Shown: positions 34,429 to 45,224 of the stretch, in pieces | How the letters are laid out: each line of letters begins with the position of its first letter | Numbering within the stretch: the first letter of the stretch is position 1 | Source of the DNA: Candidatus Pacearchaeota archaeon | Lineage (GTDB): Archaea; Nanobdellota; Nanobdellia; Pacearchaeales; UBA284 | Assembly: GCA_026395795.1 (NCBI GenBank) | Contig: JAPLYB010000015.1 | Coordinates: 1-61,505 of the forward strand | Length of the DNA stretch: 61,505 bases | Direction: 5' to 3' | Notes under the pieces: model-generated | Seen by the model: only the letters and a program-made list of their open reading frames with translations | Told to the model about the DNA's origin: nothing | The model's database searches: none | Translations under genes and position numbers: made by a program

Positions 34429-36042
34429 ATGCAGTTTTTAAGGGAATGCTTGAGTAGAGGATATCTTTTTGAATCGTCTCTGTTGCAACTCTTCTATGAT
34501 TCTGGATTGGGAGACAATGAATTAAGTGAGATATCAACCTTTTTATTACAACTAAATCCCCCAAAAATTGTCACAAAGACTTTCTTCTATGAAAATGTGG
34601 AAAAACTTCTGAAAAATGAATTAAGTGAAAGCTCTAGGGTTTTTTTGGAAAGGAACAGCAAGATTCCAGCTACTGTGGAAATTGAAAAAATAAAAGAGAA
34701 TGGAAATCCAGAAAAAAACTTTGAAAAAGAGAAAGACAAACAAAACAAACAATCTTCTTTTGATCCAACAAATTTTATCAATCCCTACTCTTACAAGCAT
34801 TTTGAAGATGTAGAGACAAGAGATTACATAATTAACACAAAAAAAATATCTGTTCAAGATTTTGTTGGAGTTTACAGAAGCAGATTTAATTTTTTAAAAG
34901 AAATTTTAATGGGGAGAGGATTGCAGAATCTAACCAGCATAAATAAGATTTCTAATCAAAAAAGAAATATTTCTATAATCGGAATAGTATTTAACAAGAG
35001 GACTACAAAAAATAAAAATGTTTTATTAAATATTGAAGATCCAACAGGGCAAATCACCGTTTTAATCAGACAGGATAAATCCGAGCTTTTTGAAAAAACA
35101 AAATCGCTTCTTCTTGATGAAGTAATAGCAGTGAGTGGGGTTGGAAATAATGAAATAATTTTTGCTAATGATCTTATTACAGTAGATATTGTAAAAGAAG
35201 TAAAACACGCTCAAGAAGAGAGTTATGCTGCATTTATTGCAGATATGCATGTTGGTTCATCAAAATTTCTTCAAGAAAACTTTTTAAGATTTGTATCTTG
35301 GTTAAACGGAGAAATCGGTTCTGAAAAACAAAGAGAAATTGCAAAAAAAGTAAGATACCTCTTCATTTTAGGAGATAACATCGACGGTGTTGGGGTATAT
35401 CCAAAACAGGAATCAGAACTTTTGATTAAAGATGTCAGGGAGCAGTATAAACTTTTAGCAGAACTTTTATCAAAAATAAGAAAAGATGTTATCATCTTCA
35501 TGTGTCCTGGAGGAAAACACGATGCAGTCAGGCACATTGAACCACAACCAAAAATACCAGAAGATATGGCCCCAGACTTATACAAAATTGAAAACCTGAT
35601 TTTAACAACAAATCCTTGTGAAGCAAAAATAGCAGGCACCAAAACCTTTCCTGGATTTGATGTGCTTATGTATCATGGTGACTCTTATGATTACTTTATG
35701 GATAGTGTAGAGTTTCTTAGAGTAAATAATGCAAAACTAAAACCAGATATGATCATGCATCTATTACTTAAAAAAAGACATCTCGCACCTTCCCACACTT
35801 CTACAACTTACTTTCCAGGAGAGCAGGACATGTTTACAATAGAGCGAATTCCAGATATCCTTGTTTCTGGGCACATTCATAAAAGTGCTGTTTCATACTA
35901 TAACGGCGTTCTGACAATTTCTTGTTCATGTTGGCAATCTAAAACTGCTTTACAAGAGAAATTTGGACATGAACCAGACCCCTGCAAAGTCCCCCTCTTA
36001 AATTTGAAAACAGGAAAAATAAATATCTTAGATTTTAGCTAA
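34429..36042 (+). CDS. DNA polymerase II (PolD) small subunit DP1
   Basis: An OB-fold region followed by the calcineurin-like phosphoesterase blocks FIADMHVGS, ILGDNIDGVG, PGGKHD, YHGD and SGHIH. Its position between cdc6 and DP2 supports the call. Confidence 0.88.
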   Translation: MQFLRECLSRGYLFESSLLQLFYDSGLGDNELSEISTFLLQLNPPKIVTKTFFYENVEKLLKNELSESSRVFLERNSKIPATVEIEKIKENGNPEKNFEKEKDKQNKQSSFDPTNFINPYSYKHFEDVETRDYIINTKKISVQDFVGVYRSRFNFLKEILMGRGLQNLTSINKISNQKRNISIIGIVFNKRTTKNKNVLLNIEDPTGQITVLIRQDKSELFEKTKSLLLDEVIAVSGVGNNEIIFANDLITVDIVKEVKHAQEESYAAFIADMHVGSSKFLQENFLRFVSWLNGEIGSEKQREIAKKVRYLFILGDNIDGVGVYPKQESELLIKDVREQYKLLAELLSKIRKDVIIFMCPGGKHDAVRHIEPQPKIPEDMAPDLYKIENLILTTNPCEAKIAGTKTFPGFDVLMYHGDSYDYFMDSVEFLRVNNAKLKPDMIMHLLLKKRHLAPSHTSTTYFPGEQDMFTIERIPDILVSGHIHKSAVSYYNGVLTISCSCWQSKTALQEKFGHEPDPCKVPLLNLKTGKINILDFS

Positions 36043-36063
36043 AAATCCAATAAAAAACAAAAA

Positions 36064-39000
36064 ATGCAGCAATATTTTAAAAAAATAGCAGAAAGTGTGA
36101 AAAAGACATATGATGTAGCGAATCTGGCAAGAGCAAAAAATTTAGATCCTGCTGATCATGTTGAAGTTCCTATTGCTTCTTCACTTGCAGAAAAAGCTAT
36201 TGGGTTAATTGCGACAATCTACCCTCAGCTTGATCAAAAAGTTGTTGCAAGAATCCTTGAACTGGAAAAAGAGTATGGTTCACTGGACCCTTGTGTTTCT
36301 TTTAAGATTGCAGAAGAAATCGCGAAAGAAAAATTTTGTAAATTTAAGGATTTAATGGAAGCGATTGATGCAGGCATTAGAGTTGGTTTTGCTTATAATA
36401 CTCTTGGAGTTGTTTCTTCTCCGATTGAAGGATATACTGGACTAAAACTTGAAAAAACCGCAGAAGGAAAAGATTATTTTAAGGTTTATTTTTCTGGACC
36501 AATAAGAAGCGCAGGAACAACTGCTTCTTGTGTTGTCCTTATGCTGATTGATTATTTAAGAGAAACCTTTGGTTTTGCTAAATATGATCCTACTGAGTTT
36601 GAAGTTAAGAGATATGTTACAGAGAATTACGACTATCATACACGTGTTAACAACTTGCAATATCTCCCTACTGAAGAAGAGATAGAGTTTCTAGCAAGAA
36701 ATATCCCAATTCAGATTGCTGGAGAACCAACTGAAGATCGTGAAGTTTCAAATTATAAGGATCTTCATAGAGTTGAAACTAATTTTATTAGAGGAGGGAT
36801 GTGTTTAATTTTTTCAGAAGGATTAGCACAAAAAGCAAAAAAAGGGATTAGGATGTTGAAGAGAGTTCAGGAGAAGGGCTTTCAGACGACTGGTTGGGAT
36901 TTTTTGGATAAATATCTTGAATTACACAAAAAAAGAGAGGCTGGAAAGGGGGAGGTTACTGCTACGTATATGAATGATCTTGTTGCAGGCAGACCTGTTT
37001 TTTCTCATCCATCAAGGTCCGGGGGTTTTAGATTTAGATATGGAAGATCACGGGTGAGTGGATTTTCTGCAACTTCTATCCATCCTGCAACTATGGCTAT
37101 TACTGGCTGTTTCCTTTCTACTGGAACTCAACTGAAACTTGAAAAACCAACAAAAGGATGTGTTGTGACTTGTTGTGAAGAATTAGACGGCCCAATTGTT
37201 AAACTTAAAGATGGAAGTGTTAAAAAGATTAAAACTTTCGAAGAAGGTAAAAGAATATATCCAGAAACAGAAGAAGTGATTTATTTGGGGGATCTTCTTG
37301 TTTCATTGGGAGATGTCATTAACAGAAATTCGGTGCTTCTTAAATCAGGATATGTTGAAGAATGGTGGGAATTGGAATTGAAAAAAGAAAATCCTGATGA
37401 AAAAGTGGATAAATTTCACGTTTCTCTTGAGCAAGCTACTGCATACTCTGAAAAATATAAAATCCCCCTGCATCCAGAGTATATTTTCTATTGGACACAA
37501 ATAAAATATGATTCTTTTTTGTCTTTATTAGATTGGATTGTTCATTCTAGGACTGCAGATGGAAAGTTAATCTTGCCGTATAACAGGAGTGAACAAGAAA
37601 AATTTGTGAATGCAAAAAGAGCACTTGAAATTCTTGGAGTGGAACATGAGATTTCTACTGAAAATGTTGTTTTGAATGAAGTGAACAGCAAGGCGTTCTT
37701 GATCAATCTTGGAATTGAGGCAGACAAGGATAAAAGTGATTTGAAAAAAGATGTTGAAAAAATACTTTCTATCATAAAACCAGAAGAAGAAGTACTGGGA
37801 AATATAAACCATCTTTCTAAATATAAAATAAAAGATAAAGCTGGAACTTTCATTGGAGCGAGAATGGGGAGGCCTGAAAAAGCAAAGCCAAGAGAATTAA
37901 AAGGATCCCCACATGTTCTTTTCCCTGTCGGTGAGGAGGGAGGAAAGTTGAGAAGTTTTCAAGCTGCTCTTGGAAAAGGCAGCGTCAAATCAGATTTTCC
38001 CCTGAACTTTTGTGAAAACTGCAATAAGGAAACAATTTATCCCGTATGTTCGTCTTGTGGAAACAAAACAAAGCAGATGTATTATTGTTCTGTTTGTGAT
38101 TCTAAATCTTTTTCACCCTTCTGTGGTTTGCATGGCAATTTAAAATCCTATTCAAGTCAAAGAATTAATATCAGAGAGTACTATGAAAATGCTGTTAAAA
38201 CAGCAAAATTAGGAAATAATCTCAAGATTGTTAAGGGAATAAAAGGGACAAGCTCTCAAGCACATATCCCCGAACATTTATCCAAAGGGATTATAAGGGC
38301 TAGTTTTAATTTGCACGTAAATAAAGACGGAACAGTCAGATACGATGTCACAGAACTTCCGATAACTCATTTTAAACCCAAAGAAATTCGAACTAGCATA
38401 GAAAAGCTCGAAGAGTTAGGATACCATAAAGATATTCATGGGGAAAAACTTGAAAATGAGGATCAGATCCTAGAACTTATGCCCCAAGACATAATCCTGC
38501 CTTCTTGTCCTGATCCAGATTCCAAAGATGAAAAAGCAGATGATGTTTTTTTGAATGTCACCCGTTTTCTTGATACTCTGCTTGTTAATCTATATGGATT
38601 AGAACCTTTTTATAAAATTGATAAAGTAGAAGATCTTGTTGGGCATCTGACTGTTTGTATGGCCCCTCATAATTGCGCTGGAGTTATCTCAAGAATTATT
38701 GGTTTCTCAAAAGTACAAGGGTTGATGGCCAGCCCTTACATACATGCTGCTGTGAGAAGAGATTGTGATGGAGACGAGGTTGCTGTGATGTTACTATTAG
38801 ATGTGCTTATCAATTTTTCTAGAAGTTTTCTTCCAGCCCATAGAGGAGGAACGCAAGATGCTCCTCTTCTTTTAAATGCAAGGATAAATGCGGGAGAAGT
38901 AGATGATCAGATTCTTGATTTAGAAGTTGGGCCTTATCCTCTTGATCTTTATTATCTCGCTGAGCAGGGAAAACATTCTTCTGAAGTTGTTTTAGACACT

Positions 39001-39531
39001 GTAAGAAAGAGATTAAAGAATGGAATCGATCCTTTTACAAATATCTATTTTACCCATAACACCCCAGATTTTAATCATGGATGCATAAATTCTTCTTATA
39101 AGGTCTTGCCAACCATGCAAGAAAAAGTTACAAGACAGATGCATGTTTCTGGATTGATACGTGCTGTTGATGCGAGTGATGTTGCAAGGCTTGTGATCGA
39201 GAGACATTTTATTCGTGATATAAAAGGTAATTTTAACAAATTCACACAGCAACAATTCAGGTGTGTCGAATGCAATGAAAAATATAGAAGACCGCCTCTT
39301 GCAGGAAAGTGCATTAAAATTTTAAATGACGGCAGTCTTTGCGGGGGAAAAATACTTTTTACAATTACAGAAGGCTCAATCATAAAATATCTTCAACCAG
39401 CATTGATGTTATCCCAAAAATTTGATCTTTCTCCATATTTAAGACAAAGTTTAGATCTTGTCAGGCAGTCTATAGAAAGTGTCTTTGGAAAGGAGACTGA
39501 GAAACAGCAAGAATTGAAGAAGTGGATTTAA
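36064..39531 (+). CDS. DNA polymerase II (PolD) large subunit DP2
   Basis: 1155 aa with conserved DP2 blocks such as FSGPIRSAGTTAS, GRPVFSHPSRSGGFRFRYGRSR, MAPHNCAGV..RRDCDGDE and the C-terminal Zn motif FRCVECNEKYRRPP. No intein is apparent. Confidence 0.92.
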   Translation: MQQYFKKIAESVKKTYDVANLARAKNLDPADHVEVPIASSLAEKAIGLIATIYPQLDQKVVARILELEKEYGSLDPCVSFKIAEEIAKEKFCKFKDLMEAIDAGIRVGFAYNTLGVVSSPIEGYTGLKLEKTAEGKDYFKVYFSGPIRSAGTTASCVVLMLIDYLRETFGFAKYDPTEFEVKRYVTENYDYHTRVNNLQYLPTEEEIEFLARNIPIQIAGEPTEDREVSNYKDLHRVETNFIRGGMCLIFSEGLAQKAKKGIRMLKRVQEKGFQTTGWDFLDKYLELHKKREAGKGEVTATYMNDLVAGRPVFSHPSRSGGFRFRYGRSRVSGFSATSIHPATMAITGCFLSTGTQLKLEKPTKGCVVTCCEELDGPIVKLKDGSVKKIKTFEEGKRIYPETEEVIYLGDLLVSLGDVINRNSVLLKSGYVEEWWELELKKENPDEKVDKFHVSLEQATAYSEKYKIPLHPEYIFYWTQIKYDSFLSLLDWIVHSRTADGKLILPYNRSEQEKFVNAKRALEILGVEHEISTENVVLNEVNSKAFLINLGIEADKDKSDLKKDVEKILSIIKPEEEVLGNINHLSKYKIKDKAGTFIGARMGRPEKAKPRELKGSPHVLFPVGEEGGKLRSFQAALGKGSVKSDFPLNFCENCNKETIYPVCSSCGNKTKQMYYCSVCDSKSFSPFCGLHGNLKSYSSQRINIREYYENAVKTAKLGNNLKIVKGIKGTSSQAHIPEHLSKGIIRASFNLHVNKDGTVRYDVTELPITHFKPKEIRTSIEKLEELGYHKDIHGEKLENEDQILELMPQDIILPSCPDPDSKDEKADDVFLNVTRFLDTLLVNLYGLEPFYKIDKVEDLVGHLTVCMAPHNCAGVISRIIGFSKVQGLMASPYIHAAVRRDCDGDEVAVMLLLDVLINFSRSFLPAHRGGTQDAPLLLNARINAGEVDDQILDLEVGPYPLDLYYLAEQGKHSSEVVLDTVRKRLKNGIDPFTNIYFTHNTPDFNHGCINSSYKVLPTMQEKVTRQMHVSGLIRAVDASDVARLVIERHFIRDIKGNFNKFTQQQFRCVECNEKYRRPPLAGKCIKILNDGSLCGGKILFTITEGSIIKYLQPALMLSQKFDLSPYLRQSLDLVRQSIESVFGKETEKQQELKKWI

Positions 39532-39590
39532 TTTCGATCATTCAGCATATAAATGCTTAAAAAGGAAATTCTTCTAATTAGATTTTCAAA

Positions 39591-41021
39591 ATGTGCGGCA
39601 TAATCGGAGAAATATCAAGACAAGGAACAAACGTAACTGGAGACATCTATAGTCGATTATCCCAATTGCAACATAGGGGACAAGAAGCAGCAGGAATTTA
39701 TGTTTCTGATCCTCACACGGGAGTACTTCACGAACGTAAGGGCCAGGGTCTGGTAAATGTTGTTTTTCAAGATGGAGAGCTTCTTTCTAAGTTTGATGGA
39801 ACAATGGCATTGGGGCATGTTCGTTACTCAACAACTCTTGACAAAGATGTTGCTCAACCATTTTCAACATCCTTTGGAGAAATTATGCTTGCTCACAATG
39901 GACAGGTTGCAAATGAACCTCAACTTAGAGCGCAGTTGGACAGAAAGAATAGATCTTGTAAAACTGGTTGTGACGCAGAAGTATTGTTGAGGGTTTTTGA
40001 ATATTATTTTGATGATAGAAGAGGAGAAACTGTTGAAAGGGTTTTTCGAAGTGTTGAAAAATTAATGCAAGTCACTACTGGAGCTTATTCTGTTGTTGCA
40101 GGAATAAATGGAGAGGGGCTGCTTGCATTTCGCGATCCACATGGAATAAGGCCTTTGGTGTATGGAAGATCCGAGGACCGTTATGTTTTTGCTTCTGAAA
40201 CAGTCGCACTTGATGGTTTACAAGATGTTCAAACTGTTAAACTAGGTGAAGCAATATTCGTTGATAATGATCTTAATGTATCTAAAAGAATAATCTCTCA
40301 AGGACAACCTGCCCACTGTTTTTTTGAATGGGATTATTTTGCACATGTTGATTCAGATATAGAAGGTATTTATGTACATTCTGTCAGGAAGAGATTGGGA
40401 ATAGAACTAGCCCATGAATTTGAAAAGAATGCACGAACTCGTTTAGAAAGCCACGTTTTATCTCTTAGACAAAGTTATCCGAACATTGAGGTTCTTGTTT
40501 CTCCTGTTCCAGAAACTGCGAGACCTGCTGCAGAATCTTTTGCTAGAGAAACGGGTTTTAATCATAGGGCCTTTTTAATAAAGGATAGATATTCTAATAG
40601 AACATTCATCCAACCAACTCAGCAAAAAAGAGAAGCAGGTGTAAAAAAGATTAGGGTTCTTTCTCAGGTGATTAGGGGGAATATCGCTTTAATTAAGGAT
40701 GATTCAATAGTAAGAGGAACGAGTAGTAGAGAGTTAGTTCAAGCTGTCCGCGATGCTGGTGCAGTTGGAGTGTATTGGGGATCTACTTGTCCCCCGATAA
40801 AATTCCCTTGCCCATGTGGAATTGATTTTCATACTACTGAAGAGCTAATTGCTGCAAATAGAAGTGAAGAAGAAGTGGGGAGAATTATCGGAGCAGACGT
40901 ATTAACTTATAACACACTCGATGGATTAGTTGCGGCAATAGGAAAAAGAAAAGATCAGTTATGTCTCGGTTGTTTGACTGGAGAGTATCCCGCCTCTCTA
41001 GAAATGGAAGTGGAATTGTAA
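39591..41021 (+). CDS. purF: amidophosphoribosyltransferase (PurF-type class II glutamine amidotransferase plus PRTase domain)
   Basis: N-terminal MCGIIG catalytic Cys, GHVRYST, AHNGQ, the PRPP loop IALIKDDSIVRGTSS and the C-terminal CLGCLTGEYP. Confidence 0.85.
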   Translation: MCGIIGEISRQGTNVTGDIYSRLSQLQHRGQEAAGIYVSDPHTGVLHERKGQGLVNVVFQDGELLSKFDGTMALGHVRYSTTLDKDVAQPFSTSFGEIMLAHNGQVANEPQLRAQLDRKNRSCKTGCDAEVLLRVFEYYFDDRRGETVERVFRSVEKLMQVTTGAYSVVAGINGEGLLAFRDPHGIRPLVYGRSEDRYVFASETVALDGLQDVQTVKLGEAIFVDNDLNVSKRIISQGQPAHCFFEWDYFAHVDSDIEGIYVHSVRKRLGIELAHEFEKNARTRLESHVLSLRQSYPNIEVLVSPVPETARPAAESFARETGFNHRAFLIKDRYSNRTFIQPTQQKREAGVKKIRVLSQVIRGNIALIKDDSIVRGTSSRELVQAVRDAGAVGVYWGSTCPPIKFPCPCGIDFHTTEELIAANRSEEEVGRIIGADVLTYNTLDGLVAAIGKRKDQLCLGCLTGEYPASLEMEVEL

Positions 41022-41039
41022 TTTTTATACCGAATTGTT

Positions 41040-42236
41040 TTATATTAGATAATAGATTATAACTGGCAGAAGCAATGCACCCATCAAGAATATTTTCTTT
41101 ATTCCTATCAATGAACAGAAAATCCCGAGAGCGGTTGCTGTCAAAAGAACTAGAAGACCCCACCAATTTGAGATTATTGGTGTGAGGATGATGAGGAAAA
41201 GGAGAATTGCAAAGCAAAGCCATTTGTAATTTACTTTTTTTATTATTGTTGAGAATTCTTTTGCTAGAATGAGAGAGATAAAAAAAGCAAAAACCCCCAC
41301 GATTAAAGAGACTATTAAGAGAGTCCAAAGATTGCTTAGTGTTATATCCGGAAGAAATTTTCCTACAAAAACTGCTACTCCTGATCTTGGTTTTTTAATT
41401 GCGTAAAGAGCCACAAAACTTAACAAAACAACAAGTGTGTTGATTGCGCCCAATAGAACCAAAAAAGATTTTTCTTTTATCTTTTTGAATACAGAAGCGA
41501 TAACTGCTGCTTGTGCTGAGCCAACTCCAGGAAGAAAAGAGACTAGGGAACTGGAAAAAATACTTACCCCCAAGATTTTAATTATCTCCTTTTTTGATAT
41601 ATCTACTTTTGTAATCCTCTGTTTTGGAATCTTTACATTTTGCACAAAACTGAGAATGAGGAGGGGTGTTGCGAATAACCCTGTAAATAAAGGAAAGAGT
41701 GCTTGTTTCAACAAAGAAAAATTTAATGTTCCCAATCCGAGAAGACCAGCTAAGATAAAAACAAAAAAAGCCGCGAATTTTCTTTTTTCCGTAAAAATTA
41801 GAATCAATGAAAGAGAGATTAAGATGAATGCCATCATCTTCTCTAATAAAGGATAGAAAATGGGGGCAGTGAATATAAACAAAGGAGTTAAAACACAGGC
41901 TAGAACTAACCCCAAAAAACCACCAATGACTGTTAGTTTAACTGCTTCGTACCCTCTTCCTTCAAGAAGCATCCTATGTCCGGGAAGTATGCTGAGAACA
42001 GTGTCTTCGTTTGGTGCTCCTAAAAAGACTGAAGGAATAAAATCAATGAATGTGTGGGCCGTAGTCATGGAAATAATAAAAATTGCTAAAATCAATGGAT
42101 TTGTAAATCCTAGAAAAAAAGCAGAATTAATAAAAAGAAGAGTTGCCACAAGATTTATGTGAACTCCTGGGATTAGACCAGTGATCGTGCCCGCGATAAT
42201 TCCCAGGAGACAGGCAAGGAATATTTCTAAAATCAT
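41040..42236 (-). CDS. TctA-family (DUF112) integral membrane protein
   Basis: 398 aa, polytopic, with LIPGVHINL.. and FLPGVGSAQAAV motifs. Confidence 0.65.
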   Translation of the reverse strand: MILEIFLACLLGIIAGTITGLIPGVHINLVATLLFINSAFFLGFTNPLILAIFIISMTTAHTFIDFIPSVFLGAPNEDTVLSILPGHRMLLEGRGYEAVKLTVIGGFLGLVLACVLTPLFIFTAPIFYPLLEKMMAFILISLSLILIFTEKRKFAAFFVFILAGLLGLGTLNFSLLKQALFPLFTGLFATPLLILSFVQNVKIPKQRITKVDISKKEIIKILGVSIFSSSLVSFLPGVGSAQAAVIASVFKKIKEKSFLVLLGAINTLVVLLSFVALYAIKKPRSGVAVFVGKFLPDITLSNLWTLLIVSLIVGVFAFFISLILAKEFSTIIKKVNYKWLCFAILLFLIILTPIISNWWGLLVLLTATALGIFCSLIGIKKIFLMGALLLPVIIYYLI

Positions 42237-42248
42237 TTTGATAGATTA

Positions 42249-42608
42249 TCAAGAAATTATTTTTATTTTGGATGCTTCAATTTGAATTGCCCCTTTATAG
42301 TCTGAGACTTTTCCCAAAATTTCTACTTGTTGGTTAGTCTGCAAACTCATTCTTTTTCTAAAAACTCCTTCTATTGATCCAGAGCCGTCTTTTATTGTGA
42401 ACAATTCTAAATATTCTGAGTCATTGAGAAATATTTCTTGCGTGTCAATTATCTCCCCTTTGATCTTGACATAGTTGTCTAGTTCTTTCTGGGTTATATT
42501 AGATATATCTGAAAAATTAGGTTCTAGATTGTTAGCTAAAAAAAGAATGAGAAAAATTCCGAAAATAGAAATAATCAAAGAAAGTTTCAACAAATTTTTC
42601 GTTTTCAT
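42249..42608 (-). CDS. membrane-anchored OB-fold protein
   Basis: N-terminal TM helix, then VKIKGEIIDTQE...VEILGKVSDYKGAIQIEASKIKII (tRNA_anti-like OB). Confidence 0.55.
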   Translation of the reverse strand: MKTKNLLKLSLIISIFGIFLILFLANNLEPNFSDISNITQKELDNYVKIKGEIIDTQEIFLNDSEYLELFTIKDGSGSIEGVFRKRMSLQTNQQVEILGKVSDYKGAIQIEASKIKIIS

Positions 42609-42630
42609 CTAACTGAATTGGAACTTTTGT

Positions 42631-43071
42631 TTAATACTCAGTATTTTTTTCAAATCTCCACAGTTCTAATATCACCAATGCAATAAGGGTGGTTATTAAT
42701 GCTACGACGTAAAGGCCCAAACCCACCGATATTCCAATTGCTGCAACCAGCCAGATTGATGCTGCGGTTGTTAACCCTATTATTTCCCCTTTGTTTGCTA
42801 TTATTGTGCCAGCGCCTAGGAAACCAATTCCCATTACAATATATCCAATAATATTTATCTTTCCAATATCGGCATTAATAAACCCTGAAAAACCATCTAT
42901 GGCAATTAAAGTTATCAATGCAGAACCTAAAGAAACAAGCATATGCGTCCTTAATCCGGCAGTCCCTTTTACAGAAACCTTTCTTGTTTCTCTTTCATAT
43001 CCTATTAATGCAGCTAATGCTACTGCTAGAACTAATTTTACTAAAACGGTTCCATAATTTAGATCCATCAA
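42631..43071 (-). CDS. MgtC/SapB-family membrane protein
   Basis: LIGYERETRKVSVKGTAGLRTHMLVSLGSAL is the MgtC signature region. Confidence 0.75.
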   Translation of the reverse strand: MMDLNYGTVLVKLVLAVALAALIGYERETRKVSVKGTAGLRTHMLVSLGSALITLIAIDGFSGFINADIGKINIIGYIVMGIGFLGAGTIIANKGEIIGLTTAASIWLVAAIGISVGLGLYVVALITTLIALVILELWRFEKNTEY

Positions 43072-43178
43072 AATACTCCCTCTTTTTTCTATTTTAATAG
43101 ACCAATATGGACTTTTATACTTTATGTTTCAGTAAAGGTTTTGTTAAAATTTATAAAGTGAAATGTCTTCAAAATGAG

Positions 43179-44195
43179 ATGGATATAGAAAAGAGATTTG
43201 AATTGATAAAGAGGAATACAGAGGAGATTGTTACAGAACAAGAACTGAAAGACATCTTAATCAAAAAGAAGACCCCTACTGTTTATTTAGGAACTGCAAT
43301 AACCGGAAGGCCACATGCTGGATATTATGTATGGGTCTTAAAACTAGCGGATTTTCTTAAAGCAGGATTTAAAGTGAAAGTTTTGTTAGCCGATCTACAT
43401 GGGGCATTGGATAATTGTCCTTGGGATGTTCTTGAAAAGAGATACAAATACTATGAAAAAGTCATTAGTATGATATTTGAGTCTGTTGGGGTGAATTTAA
43501 AGAATATAGAATTTGTTAAAGGAAGCACCTTTGAGTTAGATAAAAAATATTTCTTTGATGTTCTAAAGATGAGCACTTTTGCAACTGAACATGACTGTCT
43601 GAAAGCCGCTTCTGAGGTTGTAAAGTTTGGAGATAATCCTAAACTTGCTGGATTAATCTATCCTATTATGCAAGCTCTTGATGAAGAATATCTTGGAGTT
43701 GATATTCAATATGGTGGAGTAGATCAAAGAAAAATATTCATGTTTGCTAGGGAGAATCTGCCTAAACTAGGATACAAATCAAGAGTTGAGGTGATGACTC
43801 CATTAATCCCTGGTCTGATTGGCAAGAAGATGTCTGCAAGTGATGAAAAAAGCAAGATTGATCTGCTGGATGATGAAGAGACTGTTAAGAAAAAAATTAA
43901 TAGTGCAGAATGCGTTGTAGGAGATATTGATAACGGAATCCTCGCATTCTTAAAATATGTTTTAATGGTAGTGAAAAAAGATAGTGGTGGAAAGTTTGTG
44001 GTAGAACGACCTGAGAAATATGGTGGAAATTTGGAATATAATAATTATGAACAGATTGAAAAAGATTTTCTTGATAAAAAACTGCATCCTCTTGATTTAA
44101 AAAATTCAACAGCGAAAGAGATCAACGACCTTCTTAGATTATTCAGAAAAAACAAAATAGAATTACAAAAATTAGTTAAAGAAGCTTATACTTAG
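43179..44195 (+). CDS. tyrS: tyrosyl-tRNA synthetase (archaeal type)
   Basis: HIGH-type motif GRPHAGY and KMSKS-type motif KMSAS. The ATG at 43179 (MDIEKRFELIKRNTEEI) is preferred over the extension to 43107. Confidence 0.88.
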   Translation: MDIEKRFELIKRNTEEIVTEQELKDILIKKKTPTVYLGTAITGRPHAGYYVWVLKLADFLKAGFKVKVLLADLHGALDNCPWDVLEKRYKYYEKVISMIFESVGVNLKNIEFVKGSTFELDKKYFFDVLKMSTFATEHDCLKAASEVVKFGDNPKLAGLIYPIMQALDEEYLGVDIQYGGVDQRKIFMFARENLPKLGYKSRVEVMTPLIPGLIGKKMSASDEKSKIDLLDDEETVKKKINSAECVVGDIDNGILAFLKYVLMVVKKDSGGKFVVERPEKYGGNLEYNNYEQIEKDFLDKKLHPLDLKNSTAKEINDLLRLFRKNKIELQKLVKEAYT

Positions 44196-44199
44196 TTCT

Positions 44200-45126
44200 T
44201 TAGTCAGTATGAAATTCTACAATGTCTTTATCTTTTAGAATGTGCTGCAGCCCAACTTTTTGGTTTGGAAATTTGCTTGACGGGCCGGTGACTCTTGCTC
44301 CTTTTACTTTGATTGTTGAATGAAAAACCTTTTTTGACAAATCTCCCACTGTCGAGTCTGGTCTCATAATCACCGGGTCTTCATCTTTTTGTTTGCTTGG
44401 TTGTTTTGTGTAAATTCTTATTACACCAGAGTTTTCAATTAACTTTCTTTTTAAGATATCAAATCCTTCTTGAGTTTTACAAGATATCAAGCAAAAATTA
44501 TATCTCTTACTCTGTAATCTCGCCCCAATTCTCCTTCTCTCATTTTCATTTAATAAATCTATTTTATTAAAAAGAATTATTCTTTTACCTGTTGTTTTGT
44601 CTAGAAAAGAAAGAATCTTATCAATCTCATCTATGCTAGTAATCATAATCAGGAGGATATCTGTAGAATTTGTTGTTCCTTGATCAAACGTTTCATGATT
44701 CACTGCGGGCATATCAATTATCTGAAAATTTATGCCCTCTAGATTCAGCATACCAATTCCTGGTTGTTGTGTTGTGAACTCTAAGCTGCTTATTCTTGGC
44801 TGGGCATTGGTCAGTCTCGAGAGTAAAGCGGATTTTCCAGAGTTTGTTAGACCAAGAAGAACAACTTGTGTCCCTTCCTTTTTTATCCCAGGTTTACTTG
44901 CAGATTGTTTTTTCTTTTTTTTCCTTTCTTCTATCTTTTCTTTTAATTTTTTGTATCTTCCTCTTAAATCTGCTCTTAGTGCCTCCGCACCCTTGTGTCC
45001 AGGCATCCAGCGCATCATCTCTTCCATCGCCAAAAGTTTTTCTTCTTCTGTACTTGCTTGAAGATATTTCTTTTCAGCTGAGATATATTCGGGATGTGCA
45101 TTGATTGGCATAAAAAGATGAAGCAT
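44200..45126 (-). CDS. DRG/OBG-type GTP-binding protein with a C-terminal TGS domain
   Basis: G1 motif LLGLTNSGKSAL, G3 motif IIDMPAV, NKID, and a C-terminal ..LKDKDIVEFHTD. Confidence 0.8.
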   Translation of the reverse strand: MLHLFMPINAHPEYISAEKKYLQASTEEEKLLAMEEMMRWMPGHKGAEALRADLRGRYKKLKEKIEERKKKKKQSASKPGIKKEGTQVVLLGLTNSGKSALLSRLTNAQPRISSLEFTTQQPGIGMLNLEGINFQIIDMPAVNHETFDQGTTNSTDILLIMITSIDEIDKILSFLDKTTGKRIILFNKIDLLNENERRRIGARLQSKRYNFCLISCKTQEGFDILKRKLIENSGVIRIYTKQPSKQKDEDPVIMRPDSTVGDLSKKVFHSTIKVKGARVTGPSSKFPNQKVGLQHILKDKDIVEFHTD

Positions 45127-45224
45127 GCAGGAATTTAAACTTTTTTACTTGAGATATAGCATTTATAGAAAAAGTTATGAAAAAGAGTTATAGAATATCG
45201 AATATGTTAGATTAAGTTGTTAAC

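Noticed and set aside
41437-42162. Plus-strand ORFs 41437..41856 and 41860..42162
   Set aside because: They are antisense shadows of the TctA-family membrane gene.
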